Source: a virus
Taxonomy: Duplodnaviria; Caudoviricetes
DNA: 56,087 nucleotides
Direction: 5' to 3' (one strand)
IMG/VR virus record: IMGVR_UViG_3300022074_000048
Span: 1 to 56,087 of that record
Both the position numbers and the translations under genes were made by a program. The notes below the pieces were generated by a model. The model was not told the DNA's origin. It made no database searches and saw nothing but the letters and a program-made list of their open reading frames with translations. Below are positions 1-9,020 of this stretch, one piece after another (position 1 is the stretch's first letter; each line of letters opens with the position of its first letter).

Positions 1-181
1 TTTGATAAATTCCAGTAGATACATCTGTGACACTGCCAACATTCAGACTATCCCTGATAGCGTTGCTTGAGCCATTAAAGTTGAGATAGACTTTGGCTGA
101 ACCAGAAATAGGGTAGGTTGTATCCACTGAACCCGCAGTCGAGTGCGTCAGGGTATCTGCTTTGAGTGTACCGAATGCCAT
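1..181 (-). CDS. Partial (3'-truncated) small tail-fibre paralogue of the GDLA family
   Basis: Not in ORF track. ATG at 181 overlaps the upstream TAA. My translation MAFGTLKADTLTHSTAGSVDTTYPISGSAKVYLNFNGSSNAIRDSLNVGSVTDVSTGIYQ runs off the window and matches the AK.W/Y...DSLN..S.TD..TG.Y pattern of 999..1415 and 54890..56087. Confidence 0.85.
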   Translation of the reverse strand, partial: MAFGTLKADTLTHSTAGSVDTTYPISGSAKVYLNFNGSSNAIRDSLNVGSVTDVSTGIYQ

Positions 182-1002
182 TACTCACCTGCCTCTAGTG
201 CTGCGACCTTAATCTCAAGGGTTTCAATCTTGGCGATTGCCTCACGCAATGCTCCGGTCAAGAGAGGAACCAACTTAGATTGGTCAATCCCCTGCATCAC
301 TGCATCGCCGTCAGCGTCCACCTCGTTGTGTGTGCCGGTAATTGCTTCTGGCACGACGGTCTGAGCCTCGTGAGCAAGGAAACCATCAACCGTTGTATCG
401 TCAGGGTCAGCAATGAAGTTGAAGCGTTTCGGCGCAAGCTGCTTGACCCTTGCGATTGCGCCGGTCATGTCAGCTACGTTTTCTTTGAGGCGGTAATCGG
501 ACGAGGTGTTATATGCAGTCGATGAACTAGATGTTGCAATACTGCCGACCCTGCCATTCGTATTATAAAAATCGTAATGTATTCTGCTGCTCGTCAGGGT
601 TGTAGATGTTCTGATTGCATACTCCGTGGTACCCTTTTCAATAAATGCACCGCCGGAACCACCTGTAGAACTAAAACTGCCAAACTCAATGTCGCCGCCG
701 CTGTCAATGGTCATGCGGTTTACGTCGTTTGTCATAAACGCTAAATCGTGATTGGACGCATTACCAATAACGGAACTTGTGTCTCCTACAAGAATGTCAG
801 CTTTTACGTTATTTGTTGTGTCCTCAAGACGCAGACGTGCGCTTGAAGCTGCACTAATGTGAAGCGACGTATCAGGGGAACTTGTCCCAATGCCTAATTT
901 ATGACCCGACGCAACTACAACATCGCCCGTGCCATCAGGGTCGAGAGTAATGTCGTTGTTACTCGCAAGGCTGGTGATTTTGTTTGTCTTTACTTCACTC
1001 AT
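181..1002 (-). CDS. Tail fibre/spike with C-terminal intramolecular chaperone (peptidase S74-like) domain
   Basis: GIGTSSP fibre repeat; SSDYRLKENV autocleavage motif; GFLAHE..VVPEA; IDQSKLVPLL followed by a terminal coiled coil. Confidence 0.85.
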   Translation of the reverse strand: MSEVKTNKITSLASNNDITLDPDGTGDVVVASGHKLGIGTSSPDTSLHISAASSARLRLEDTTNNVKADILVGDTSSVIGNASNHDLAFMTNDVNRMTIDSGGDIEFGSFSSTGGSGGAFIEKGTTEYAIRTSTTLTSSRIHYDFYNTNGRVGSIATSSSSTAYNTSSDYRLKENVADMTGAIARVKQLAPKRFNFIADPDDTTVDGFLAHEAQTVVPEAITGTHNEVDADGDAVMQGIDQSKLVPLLTGALREAIAKIETLEIKVAALEAGE

Positions 1003-1415
1003 GCGAGGTCTCCAAAAATACCGGCGTAAGTGCCGGAGAAATCAACAGCATCAGCGTTGCCGCCTGTATTTGCTCCAGTACGAGAACCAAAATCAACACT
1101 GCTCGTAGAATTTGCGTGATTGCCGGTTTGAATAACACCCATAAATCTAGTGTCACTTACGGTACCTGTACCGTCGTTGTTTGTATTCCAAACAGTACCA
1201 AAAAATACTTTATCTGCCGCACCACTAAAAGAACTCGTAAAGGCTGATGTAAAGTCGCCAGTACCATTATCAGTTAAAGTGCTTTGGTTTAGACTGCTAT
1301 CTGTTGTTTGATTAACAGCGTCATAGTTTACAAGAAACTTTATGGCTTCCTGCTTCGTCAGCGTAGCCGCACCGCCGCCTGTACTCTGTATGGTATCTGC
1401 CTTCAATACACTCAT
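999..1415 (-). CDS. Small tail-fibre paralogue (GDLA family)
   Basis: Ends GDLA; SSLNQSTLTDNGTGDF motif shared with 54890..56087. Confidence 0.75.
   Translation of the reverse strand: MSVLKADTIQSTGGGAATLTKQEAIKFLVNYDAVNQTTDSSLNQSTLTDNGTGDFTSAFTSSFSGAADKVFFGTVWNTNNDGTGTVSDTRFMGVIQTGNHANSTSSVDFGSRTGANTGGNADAVDFSGTYAGIFGDLA
1001..1013. repeat. 13-bp junction repeat ATGCGAGGTCTCC, copy 1 of 4
   Basis: Exact copies at 1001, 54892, 55287 and 55709. Confidence 0.95.
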
Positions 1416-1867
1416 AGCGTCACCAATGTTCCACCGCTTTCAACGGTCAGTGTCACGCCACTGGCTACAGTAAACGGGCCAGTCACGTTTGCGTTCTCAG
1501 TTGCAAGGATGGTTGTGTTGGCAGTCAACGACTGTGCGTTGGTACGGAACAGGCCACCACCCTTGAAGTTGCCCTTGTTCTCAGCAGCGGGTGTTACCGT
1601 ACCTAATGTTTTACCGAGGTAATTAACAAAGATGTTATTTCCAGAACTGCTAGAAGGCGCTGCACTAAACGTAAGCGTAGTGCCATTCGGCACTGTATAA
1701 GCGTCTCCTGCTTCTTGGATAACGCCGTCTACGGAAACCAGTATGCTTTGCGCGGAGCTTACAGAAGTCGTAAGGGTAAACGTGGTTGTACTACCATCGC
1801 CGCTAAACTCTTGAACAGACGGAATGCTCTCAAAGTTCGTAGCAGGATTATTACCATAATACGGCAT
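1412..1867 (-). CDS. Tail fibre adaptor/structural protein
   Basis: MPYYGNNP start; FSGDGSTTTFTL and VSVDGVIQ...TLTFSAAP domain; C-terminal GPFTVASGVTLTVESGGTLVTL beta motif typical of marine phage fibre proteins. Confidence 0.7.
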   Translation of the reverse strand: MPYYGNNPATNFESIPSVQEFSGDGSTTTFTLTTSVSSAQSILVSVDGVIQEAGDAYTVPNGTTLTFSAAPSSSSGNNIFVNYLGKTLGTVTPAAENKGNFKGGGLFRTNAQSLTANTTILATENANVTGPFTVASGVTLTVESGGTLVTL

Positions 1868-2196
1868 CAGGTGATCTCCATAATACTCGCTACTGTGTCA
1901 AGGCTGTTGGCCGTGTCAGAGTTTAAGATGAGGCTATGCCCCGTTTCCATAACCACTTTGTTACCTGCCATATACTCAAAGCTAGACGAGGCGGGGATAG
2001 GTATATCTTTAGCAAGATGTACCACCTGTCCAGCGTTGAGCTTAATGTCCACGGTAATCTGACTTGTTGAGGTATTCGCTAGAGTCAGGCCAATAACAAC
2101 CGTAGTCGTGCTACTAGGAACGGTGTAGACGGTCATGTCATTAGCCGCGACTACATTCGACCCGTTGAACACCTTGTTCTTAAACGTATTAGCCAT
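1867..2196 (-). CDS. Conserved tail-associated structural protein
   Basis: MANTFKNK...YTVPSSTTTVVIGL...SIMEIT pattern; translationally coupled in the tail module. Confidence 0.7.
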   Translation of the reverse strand: MANTFKNKVFNGSNVVAANDMTVYTVPSSTTTVVIGLTLANTSTSQITVDIKLNAGQVVHLAKDIPIPASSSFEYMAGNKVVMETGHSLILNSDTANSLDTVASIMEIT

Positions 2197-2207
2197 GACC
2201 CTACCCC

Positions 2208-2675
2208 TTAACCTACATCGTCAAGTAAAGCGATAACAATGGCGTTGGCTGACGCATCACCAGTGCCATCAATATCGGCTGAAATAGCGTGAAGGTCTGC
2301 AACAGTCACATTCGGCAACCGACCAAACCATGTCTGTGATGGACCGATAAAGATACCATCCGCAAGATTATGAGCCGCTGTACCCGCATCAATCGAAAGC
2401 ATGATACCGTCTGCCGTAGACTGATTCTGGACAAACAAGAACTTTACCTTGTCGCCCGTTGCAACCGCTGTCGGAGCCGTATCCTGGTCAACTGCCGTAT
2501 AATCAAGAAATGACCCAGCAATCAAATCAGCCGAAGTGGTCGTAACAATCGTCTTCTTGTAATACCACTTGTCGTTTACATCATCAGGAGTAACGGTCAT
2601 ACTCCCTGATAGCGTTGTCGCTATCTCATCTGGCAACATAGTTGCCGAAATTGAAATACTCGCTGCGTTTGCCAT
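2208..2675 (-). CDS. Putative virion structural protein
   Basis: GGAG RBS; beta-rich; located in the tail module. Confidence 0.6.
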   Translation of the reverse strand: MANAASISISATMLPDEIATTLSGSMTVTPDDVNDKWYYKKTIVTTTSADLIAGSFLDYTAVDQDTAPTAVATGDKVKFLFVQNQSTADGIMLSIDAGTAAHNLADGIFIGPSQTWFGRLPNVTVADLHAISADIDGTGDASANAIVIALLDDVG

Positions 2676-2684
2676 GATTTACTC

Positions 2685-3197
2685 CTATCCCAAAGCTATG
2701 GCTAAAGCCGTTGCCGAACCCGCAACGTCTGCATTGTTTGTTAACTGAAGACTGTCGCCAACACTGACTACACCTCCGCCGGACCCAGCCCCATCAGCAA
2801 ACAAGATCTCCGTGTTGCCGTTCGCAATGGTTACTGTGGTTCCTGAACCCTGTTGGATCTGTGCACTGCGACTACCAGTAAGGGAATTTTTGATAATAAA
2901 AAATTTAGAAGCGGTGTTTGGCGCAATCGTTACTACGTTAGTGCCACCTAGATCAGATCCGCTATCTTTAAGGTTAATAACAGCAAACATGCCTGTCTGA
3001 ACATTGCTTTGCCCAGAAGTAGGAGAGGCTGCTCGTATTGTAAGATCAGTAGTGAGATCGGACGCTGTCAGATCCGCCGCACCTGTTACTCGGTCAAAAA
3101 TATCAAAATTAAAGTTGGTAACGTCACCCCAACTACCAGATAGTTCGCCTGTAGCTGGCTTTTCTATGCCAAGATTTGTACTAAACGAACTAGCCAT
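2685..3197 (-). CDS. Tail fibre proximal/anchor protein
   Basis: MASSFSTNLGIEKPATGE.SGSWG N-terminus and C-terminal ATALAIALG motif. Confidence 0.7.
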   Translation of the reverse strand: MASSFSTNLGIEKPATGELSGSWGDVTNFNFDIFDRVTGAADLTASDLTTDLTIRAASPTSGQSNVQTGMFAVINLKDSGSDLGGTNVVTIAPNTASKFFIIKNSLTGSRSAQIQQGSGTTVTIANGNTEILFADGAGSGGGVVSVGDSLQLTNNADVAGSATALAIALG

Positions 3198-3206
3198 ACG
3201 TTACTC

Positions 3207-3899
3207 CTACGCTGCTTTTTCTATCCAATTCGGAGACTGAGAAGGCGTATCCTCTGCCCAAGTTGTTGTATTTGTTGTTACTGTTGCCCAATTCGGGGTT
3301 TGAGATGCAATAATTTCTGTATAAATGAGAACTATACCAACATTTCCTGTCGCTGTAACCCCACTAATTAAATACTTAGATTCTATAACTGGTACGGTTG
3401 TAGCTAGGCCAGTGCCAACAACACCTGTAGTAGACAACAATGAAGATGCCGTTACAGTTTCTGAACCTAGCGCACTCGTGCCCACATTGCCCGTAACAGC
3501 AACCAACGCTCCAGCGGTAACAGATTCATCACCAAAGCTGACGGTGGCCGTAACGCCTACACCCGCTACATTAGCCGCACAATTAGTCTGCTCATCACCA
3601 ACTGCGGTAGTGCCAACAACATTTGTGGGGGATACAAGAGCGGTGCCAGTAATAGTCTCAGAACCAACAGCACCCGTTGCAGATGAACCAGTTGAAGCGA
3701 CTAAGGCAGAAGCGGTAACAGTCTCAGAACCTAAAGAGGTGGTTCCAGCGACACCAGTTACAGCAATCAATGCTCCGGCGGTAACAGTCTCAGATCCGAG
3801 AGCGGTAGTACCCGTAACACCAGTAACAACAACAGGTATTGCTTGGTTCCAAGTAAGCTGGCCCCAAGTACCTCGGCCCCAACCCGTAATATTCGCCAC
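3207..3899 (-). CDS. Repeat-rich virion structural protein
   Basis: About eight ~22-aa repeats VTGV.GTT.LGSETVTA.AL; N-terminal GWGRGTWG; C-terminal SQ[TS]PNW twice. Confidence 0.75.
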   Translation of the reverse strand: MANITGWGRGTWGQLTWNQAIPVVVTGVTGTTALGSETVTAGALIAVTGVAGTTSLGSETVTASALVASTGSSATGAVGSETITGTALVSPTNVVGTTAVGDEQTNCAANVAGVGVTATVSFGDESVTAGALVAVTGNVGTSALGSETVTASSLLSTTGVVGTGLATTVPVIESKYLISGVTATGNVGIVLIYTEIIASQTPNWATVTTNTTTWAEDTPSQSPNWIEKAA

Positions 3900-3911
3900 G
3901 ATGCTACTCCA

Positions 3912-4364
3912 TTACGCTATGCGGATAATGGCATTACTCGCATCGGCTGTTGGAAACTGAACGGTAAAAGTACCAGAAGTGGACGTTTTGTTAGACGTAA
4001 AATCTAAAACACAGACAGCTTTATCGCTGTTAGTATCATTATAGATTAAAGCCCCCATTGCTGTAATTGTAGCCGTAGTAAAGCTGATATCAGCAAAATC
4101 AGTAAATGCCGTGGTACCAGAAGTGCTTGGTGCTACTTTCGTAAGAGCACCGCCACCAGCGGTATATGATCCGCTATTTGCGACCTCACCAGTTGTGGTG
4201 TAAGTCGTTGTAGCTGCGCCAAGAGTGGCTGTGGTGCCTGACTTGCCACCACCTCCCTCTGCATACAAAGCTAATTTAAAAGCATTACCGTTTGTAGCAA
4301 AATTATGTGTACCAAGCATCAGCTCTTGTTTAAAAGCAGTACACATTGCTTGTGCAATCGCCAT
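3912..4364 (-). CDS. Conserved virion structural protein
   Basis: MAIAQAMCTAFKQEL...FKLALY...GALIYNDT...FPTADASNAIIRIA, a recognisable phage structural family. Confidence 0.7.
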   Translation of the reverse strand: MAIAQAMCTAFKQELMLGTHNFATNGNAFKLALYAEGGGGKSGTTATLGAATTTYTTTGEVANSGSYTAGGGALTKVAPSTSGTTAFTDFADISFTTATITAMGALIYNDTNSDKAVCVLDFTSNKTSTSGTFTVQFPTADASNAIIRIA

Positions 4365-4657
4365 TATAATCTCCTTATAATTTCAGCCAAGTCTTCATGA
4401 CCTGCTTTAGCTAAAGTCTGTGTTATCGTAGCTCTTTCTTGTCTTTTTGTAAATTCAACATAAGAAAACAATACTTCTCGTATTTGATGCTTAAAAAGGA
4501 GAGCCTGTTCTTTTATAGCGGGGGGTGCGTTATTAGAAACAAGTAAAATTTTATCTAAAACTAAATCAACCACCTGTTCGTTAGACAAACCGCCATGGTC
4601 TGACGTCATAACATTTACAGTTCCAACTTCTGAATTACCTAAATCAAGCACGTCCAT
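4364..4657 (-). CDS. Conserved hypothetical phage protein
   Basis: Coupled ORF, 97 aa, helical. Confidence 0.6.
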   Translation of the reverse strand: MDVLDLGNSEVGTVNVMTSDHGGLSNEQVVDLVLDKILLVSNNAPPAIKEQALLFKHQIREVLFSYVEFTKRQERATITQTLAKAGHEDLAEIIRRL

Positions 4658-5414
4658 TTGCGCGATATGTCACGCCCTCTATATCATGCCTTCCAATTAA
4701 AACAGATTCAACTTGTTGCGATTTTGTAAATTCTTCTGGCTCAGGAGACTCTAATGATGTCTGTGGAACTATCATCAGCCCCTCGTCTGAAAACCGCTGT
4801 ACTAATGGATCTTCTAATCTATGGTATCCGTATAATTTTTCGTTTTCTGGAACATTAGAATCTAACAAAGAAGAATTTTGAGACACCTGCATTTTTATGC
4901 CCCTAGTTACACCTACAGCACACCAAAACTCTACACAAGCTCGACCAGCCTCTGCGTAAGCCACGTTTGATTTATAAGTAAAATCTATCCCGTAAAAGCT
5001 AATACTAGCTACTTCGCTATAAATTCCGAACGCAACAGCATAAGCAACTGTGTTATTAAAATAACAAAACCCTAGTTTTTTTACTACATCCTCTAAAGGA
5101 TAAAGTTCAATCTGAGGAACTCTTTTATCTTTTTGACACGAATAAATTGGAGCTTTATTTTTATTTAAAAACTCTCGACCAACGCCTGTTTGTGTTCCTG
5201 CCAGCTCACTATCTAAAAATCGAGAAGCGGGGTCCATCATAAATGTTCGGTCTACGTGAAATATAGCACCGATACTATTAATACCCCAAACTTCGTCAAA
5301 CTCGTGAGAGTTTATTTTAGCATTAACAAAATCAGCATATGTAGCTCCTAACCCTACAAGAGCTATTGATTTTCCTTTTAAAAGATTTCTAGTAACTTTA
5401 GATTTTTTCGTCAT
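4644..5414 (-). CDS. Putative glycosyltransferase-like Rossmann protein (DUF115/Maf/sialyltransferase-like)
   Basis: IALVGLG strand-loop, EVWGINS, NTVAYAVA and ISFYGIDF motifs. Confidence 0.5.
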   Translation of the reverse strand: MTKKSKVTRNLLKGKSIALVGLGATYADFVNAKINSHEFDEVWGINSIGAIFHVDRTFMMDPASRFLDSELAGTQTGVGREFLNKNKAPIYSCQKDKRVPQIELYPLEDVVKKLGFCYFNNTVAYAVAFGIYSEVASISFYGIDFTYKSNVAYAEAGRACVEFWCAVGVTRGIKMQVSQNSSLLDSNVPENEKLYGYHRLEDPLVQRFSDEGLMIVPQTSLESPEPEEFTKSQQVESVLIGRHDIEGVTYRANGRA

Positions 5415-6265
5415 GTTCTAGCTGCTCTCACCATACCGTCTCTATATGTATCGGTGTTCTCTATAGCCTCGCCATAATTTTTAAGTCTAGAAAGTGATTC
5501 GACAAATCTACTTTGATAAAGCGCAAGAACATCCGGCTCACCCTTCATAAACGTATAGGCTTCTATCAGGCTACCATAAAGCATTGCATTTGGAGCATTT
5601 ACACTTAGCCATGTCGTTGTTGTATCGGCTGAAGTAGATACAACTGTACCTGTAGCACCGCTAGTGCTACCTGTAACTGTTTCACCGACTGTAAAATCTG
5701 TGCTTGGTATAATTACCCTAGACGTGGTTGACGTAAGAGCTTCACTAATTGTTGTGGTTGCTCCGCTAGTACCGCCTGTAATAGTCTCGCTATCAACGAA
5801 AGTCCCGCTTACACTACTCAAAGTTAGAACAAAGGAACTAACAGTAAGACTATTGGGTCTGTGAAAATAATGAAGCTCTGCGCTATAAGCTGCATCTGGC
5901 GTAGGGGCTAAGATAAAATTTTGAAAATCATAAAGAGCATAATATTTAGGTGTCCCTGTCGTAGCTGCATTAGGATTATATTCTTGAATAAAGTTTACAT
6001 CTCTATGCAATAAAAATTCTTTAGAGCTTGAATTAGTTACAGATAAACTAAAAGACGCCAGATAATCAGTAGGAACCGCTAAAAATTGATTATTTAAAGT
6101 CGTCGTACCGGACACATTTTTTCGGAAGTAATCAAGATCAACAGCTTTTAAAATCCTTTCTTCAGCAGATGTAATAAAATCTACTAAATGAGAAACGAAC
6201 GCTGTTTCTTGATTTTCGGTGTAATCTTTTATAGATTTTTTTAAATTCGTATAAGTATAACTCAT
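5411..6265 (-). CDS. Head-tail adaptor protein with an inserted beta-repeat domain
   Basis: GTPKYYA, LAPTPD, TTWLS.NAP.A.LYGSL.EAY.FMKGE motifs; insertion of two F..[SG]ET.TG.TSGAT repeats. Confidence 0.7.
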   Translation of the reverse strand: MSYTYTNLKKSIKDYTENQETAFVSHLVDFITSAEERILKAVDLDYFRKNVSGTTTLNNQFLAVPTDYLASFSLSVTNSSSKEFLLHRDVNFIQEYNPNAATTGTPKYYALYDFQNFILAPTPDAAYSAELHYFHRPNSLTVSSFVLTLSSVSGTFVDSETITGGTSGATTTISEALTSTTSRVIIPSTDFTVGETVTGSTSGATGTVVSTSADTTTTWLSVNAPNAMLYGSLIEAYTFMKGEPDVLALYQSRFVESLSRLKNYGEAIENTDTYRDGMVRAART

Positions 6266-6573
6266 GATGTACTTACCGTAACCGTTCCAACCGAAGTCCT
6301 AGCAATAGGGTTTTCTACATAACGTATATTTTCTAAATCAAAAATAGGTAGGGAAATTGTTTCACTTTCAATTCTAGCTGTGTCTGGGCGAGGCTCTTTT
6401 AGAGCAACCGCATCTGATACGTTTGTGCTTGGTGTTAATTGAGGGTGCTTATCCTCAAACTCAGACACATGTACGATATGACCAGTCCATTCTCGTATCC
6501 TTTCAGAATACGGAAAGCGCATTCCGCTTCTATCGGAAATAAAAAATGCGTGTTTTCCCCTAGCAAACGCCAT
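6262..6573 (-). CDS. Conserved structural protein
   Basis: ISDRSG.RFPY...EFE.KHPQL...PRPD; located in the neck module. Confidence 0.65.
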   Translation of the reverse strand: MAFARGKHAFFISDRSGMRFPYSERIREWTGHIVHVSEFEDKHPQLTPSTNVSDAVALKEPRPDTARIESETISLPIFDLENIRYVENPIARTSVGTVTVSTS

Positions 6574-7230
6574 TTAAGTCAATATCCTGGGAACTAATTG
6601 AAGGCTAGTACGGTCTCTATCTTCTGATGCCGCCCTCGCGAACTCTTCGTCATATATAGATTTTAAAACGCTTACTCGATCAGGAGCCACCTTTATAGAT
6701 AAATAATAAGCCAATCCTGCAACTAAACAGGGGTAAAACCTAAAAGGTACATCGAAATCATTTGTGTAAGTATCTGCGTCATCAATTCGAACTAACCGAT
6801 AATAAATAATTTGATCAGTGGAGTTTTCAGGAGTTTGCCATAAATATAAAACAGGATTAACTTGTCGATCAACAAAAAATTGAGAAGGTTTACCAGTGCT
6901 TGTTTTGTTGGGCAGATTTAAATAAGCACTTCGTGATATTCTATCAACGGATGTGTCTGAACCACTCCGGCGTATAACCATCTCTAGAATATCAATAGTA
7001 TCTATTCCGAGTGTATAATTGGCTGTCCCAGCGGTTAGAGTTGTAGTAACTTGTTCAACAGTAAACAAATTAATACCACGATTAGCCCATTCTGCTAACA
7101 TAATATTTAGAGAGCGTCGAGCACTTCTTAAAGAATATCCTGTTTTTCCTTCACCCCCACAACGTTCGTAGGCTTCTTCTATAGCCTCAACAACGTCGAT
7201 ATTAAAATTTCGGGAGTCTGAAACAGCCAT
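6574..7230 (-). CDS. Head-tail adaptor / tail tubular protein A-like
   Basis: IEEAYERCG, ARRSLN...EWANRG, G.PSQFFVDRQ, PFRFYPCLVAGLAYY. Confidence 0.7.
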   Translation of the reverse strand: MAVSDSRNFNIDVVEAIEEAYERCGGEGKTGYSLRSARRSLNIMLAEWANRGINLFTVEQVTTTLTAGTANYTLGIDTIDILEMVIRRSGSDTSVDRISRSAYLNLPNKTSTGKPSQFFVDRQVNPVLYLWQTPENSTDQIIYYRLVRIDDADTYTNDFDVPFRFYPCLVAGLAYYLSIKVAPDRVSVLKSIYDEEFARAASEDRDRTSLQLVPRILT

Positions 7231-7907
7231 TATTCATCTTTCGCGTAAAGATTATCAAATATCTGATTTACATCCATTGTATAGTCTAAATCTGATTTTG
7301 AATAGTGCGTGTGTTGTGACGGTCTAAAATCAGGTGCACCTTTTCCTGTTTCAAACCACGCAGGGTGCGTAACACGAACACGATTGTTTGGCAAAGCTAC
7401 AATATTTCCTGTCCACTTTCCCGCATCAAGAAGCTCAAGAACATGGCTCTGCTTGTGCTGAGCAGGGTCGTCTGCTATTTCGCTTTCAGTGTAATCTACG
7501 GTAAAATAGTATTTTGCTGGAAAAAACTGACCATCTATTTTAGCAAGCCATGGACAGGGGTGCGCACGATCTAAGCGATACACACTGTGCATATGCGACA
7601 TACAATCCCAAGGTTGCGCGAAATGAACGGGCATAGGTTCAGGCCACGCATCAAAGGGTGTGTCGCCAACAAGTGCCGTTATTGGCATCCTCGCCCACAT
7701 TGCACCCCCATGAATATTAGCGTCCTCTGTATTGTCAACCTCAAAACCAGTAAACAACATCTGAAAACTTAAACAACGACTAGGCATTGTTGTTACTGCA
7801 ATAGCCATAGCGTGTAAAAATTCACCATGGTATTTTGCATGGTTATGCGTGTATTCTCTACGCACCCAGCATTTAAAGTGCGTAATATTGCTTTGTAAAT
7901 AAGGCAA
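7230..7907 (-). CDS. Conserved hypothetical phage protein
   Basis: TTG start; His/Trp-rich; GGAMWARMPI, QPWDC, ALPNNR motifs. Confidence 0.65.
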   Translation of the reverse strand: MPYLQSNITHFKCWVRREYTHNHAKYHGEFLHAMAIAVTTMPSRCLSFQMLFTGFEVDNTEDANIHGGAMWARMPITALVGDTPFDAWPEPMPVHFAQPWDCMSHMHSVYRLDRAHPCPWLAKIDGQFFPAKYYFTVDYTESEIADDPAQHKQSHVLELLDAGKWTGNIVALPNNRVRVTHPAWFETGKGAPDFRPSQHTHYSKSDLDYTMDVNQIFDNLYAKDE

Positions 7908-7908
7908 C

Positions 7909-8169
7909 TTACTTGTTAGCCTTAACTCTTTTTATAGCTGCATTAAGACCGCCCATTGCGCCGCCTTTTGCCATGCCTTTTGGCCTACCGCCGCCCATCA
8001 TCCTGTTGACCATTTTATCGTCCATAAAACCGCCATTAGCCATTTCGGTTACATCAACAGTTTTTCCAGGATTCAATTCTTCTGCGACACCTCCCACAGC
8101 ACCGCCTTTTTTCATCTTTTTAACGCCGCCTCTGTAGCCGCCTTTGGCCATTCCTTTTTTCTTCATCAT
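7909..8169 (-). CDS. Small basic protein with repeated MxxGG motifs
   Basis: MAKGG twice, MKKGG, MANGG, MMGGG. Confidence 0.65.
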   Translation of the reverse strand: MMKKKGMAKGGYRGGVKKMKKGGAVGGVAEELNPGKTVDVTEMANGGFMDDKMVNRMMGGGRPKGMAKGGAMGGLNAAIKRVKANK

Positions 8170-8456
8170 GATTTTTTCCTCTTCTTCCTTCTTAGAGGTT
8201 GTACATTACGAGGCTTACCCTTAGAAGGTTGCCCTAACTTGACTTTCTGCCTAACCCTACTTCTTTTTTCACTAGCTGACAATTCACCAGTTGTTTTAGG
8301 AGTTTTAGAAGAAATACGCTTGGAAGGGCGACAGTAAGGAGTTCCGCGTTTTTCACCCTTTTTTCTGCCACATTTTTTGCCAGTGCGTACATCTTTCCAA
8401 TCTTCTTTAAACCATCTTTTTAAAGCTAACCCTGCTTTTGTTTTACGAACAGCCAT
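8166..8456 (-). CDS. Small highly basic conserved phage protein
   Basis: LKRWFKEDW.D...CGR...PYCRP pattern; Lys/Arg-rich. Confidence 0.65.
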   Translation of the reverse strand: MAVRKTKAGLALKRWFKEDWKDVRTGKKCGRKKGEKRGTPYCRPSKRISSKTPKTTGELSASEKRSRVRQKVKLGQPSKGKPRNVQPLRRKKRKKS

Positions 8457-8463
8457 AATTGAC

Positions 8464-8790
8464 TCACAAAATCTTCGTTACTTTACGTCTATCGTTCATA
8501 ACTAAACCACAACCTCTAGCAACATTAGGATTACTGCTAGGACGTTTTGCTACTTGATTCGCAATAGATTTGCCGTACCCCCCGTTAGAGGCTTTAGCAA
8601 CTTTTTTCTTTTTCCCACCTGTCGCGTAATTAGCTGCACCCACTTTTCTGCATTTAGCAATAGCTCCAGAAGCATATGCAGATGGAAAAACTTTATACCT
8701 TGCTTTAACTTTTCGATAACACGCGTCTTTTGGCATTTTTTTAGCCCCCTTGGAAATTTGTTGAGGCATACTAGAACGAGATATTGTCAT
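8464..8790 (-). CDS. Small highly basic conserved phage protein
   Basis: KDACY.KVK.RYKVFPSAYASGAIAKCRK; ARGCG. Confidence 0.65.
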   Translation of the reverse strand: MTISRSSMPQQISKGAKKMPKDACYRKVKARYKVFPSAYASGAIAKCRKVGAANYATGGKKKKVAKASNGGYGKSIANQVAKRPSSNPNVARGCGLVMNDRRKVTKIL

Positions 8791-8799
8791 AAAAGCCTC

Positions 8800-9018
8800 T
8801 TAGAAAAGTTTTTCTAACCCCGCCACTACAACAATCAAGATACCTATACCATAGATTTTTTTATCTAAGTCTTTAAGTTTATCGTTTTGTTCAACAAGTC
8901 GCGATTCAATATGTTGGTAACGTATTGCACACTCTGCTTCATGCTTTTCTAATTTAGAAAAAACTGTTGACGCGGTTGTTGCTGTTTTCTTTCTAACAGG
9001 TTTTTTAACTGTGGCCAT
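8800..9018 (-). CDS. Coiled-coil protein with C-terminal transmembrane helix
   Basis: Start adjusted to ATG 9018; HEAECAIRY coiled coil followed by IYGIGILIVVVAGL. Confidence 0.6.
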   Translation of the reverse strand: MATVKKPVRKKTATTASTVFSKLEKHEAECAIRYQHIESRLVEQNDKLKDLDKKIYGIGILIVVVAGLEKLF

Positions 9019-9020
9019 TA

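Noticed and set aside
3325-3960. 211-aa plus-strand ORF
   Set aside because: Antisense shadow of the repetitive Thr/Val/Gly gene 3207..3899; no RBS
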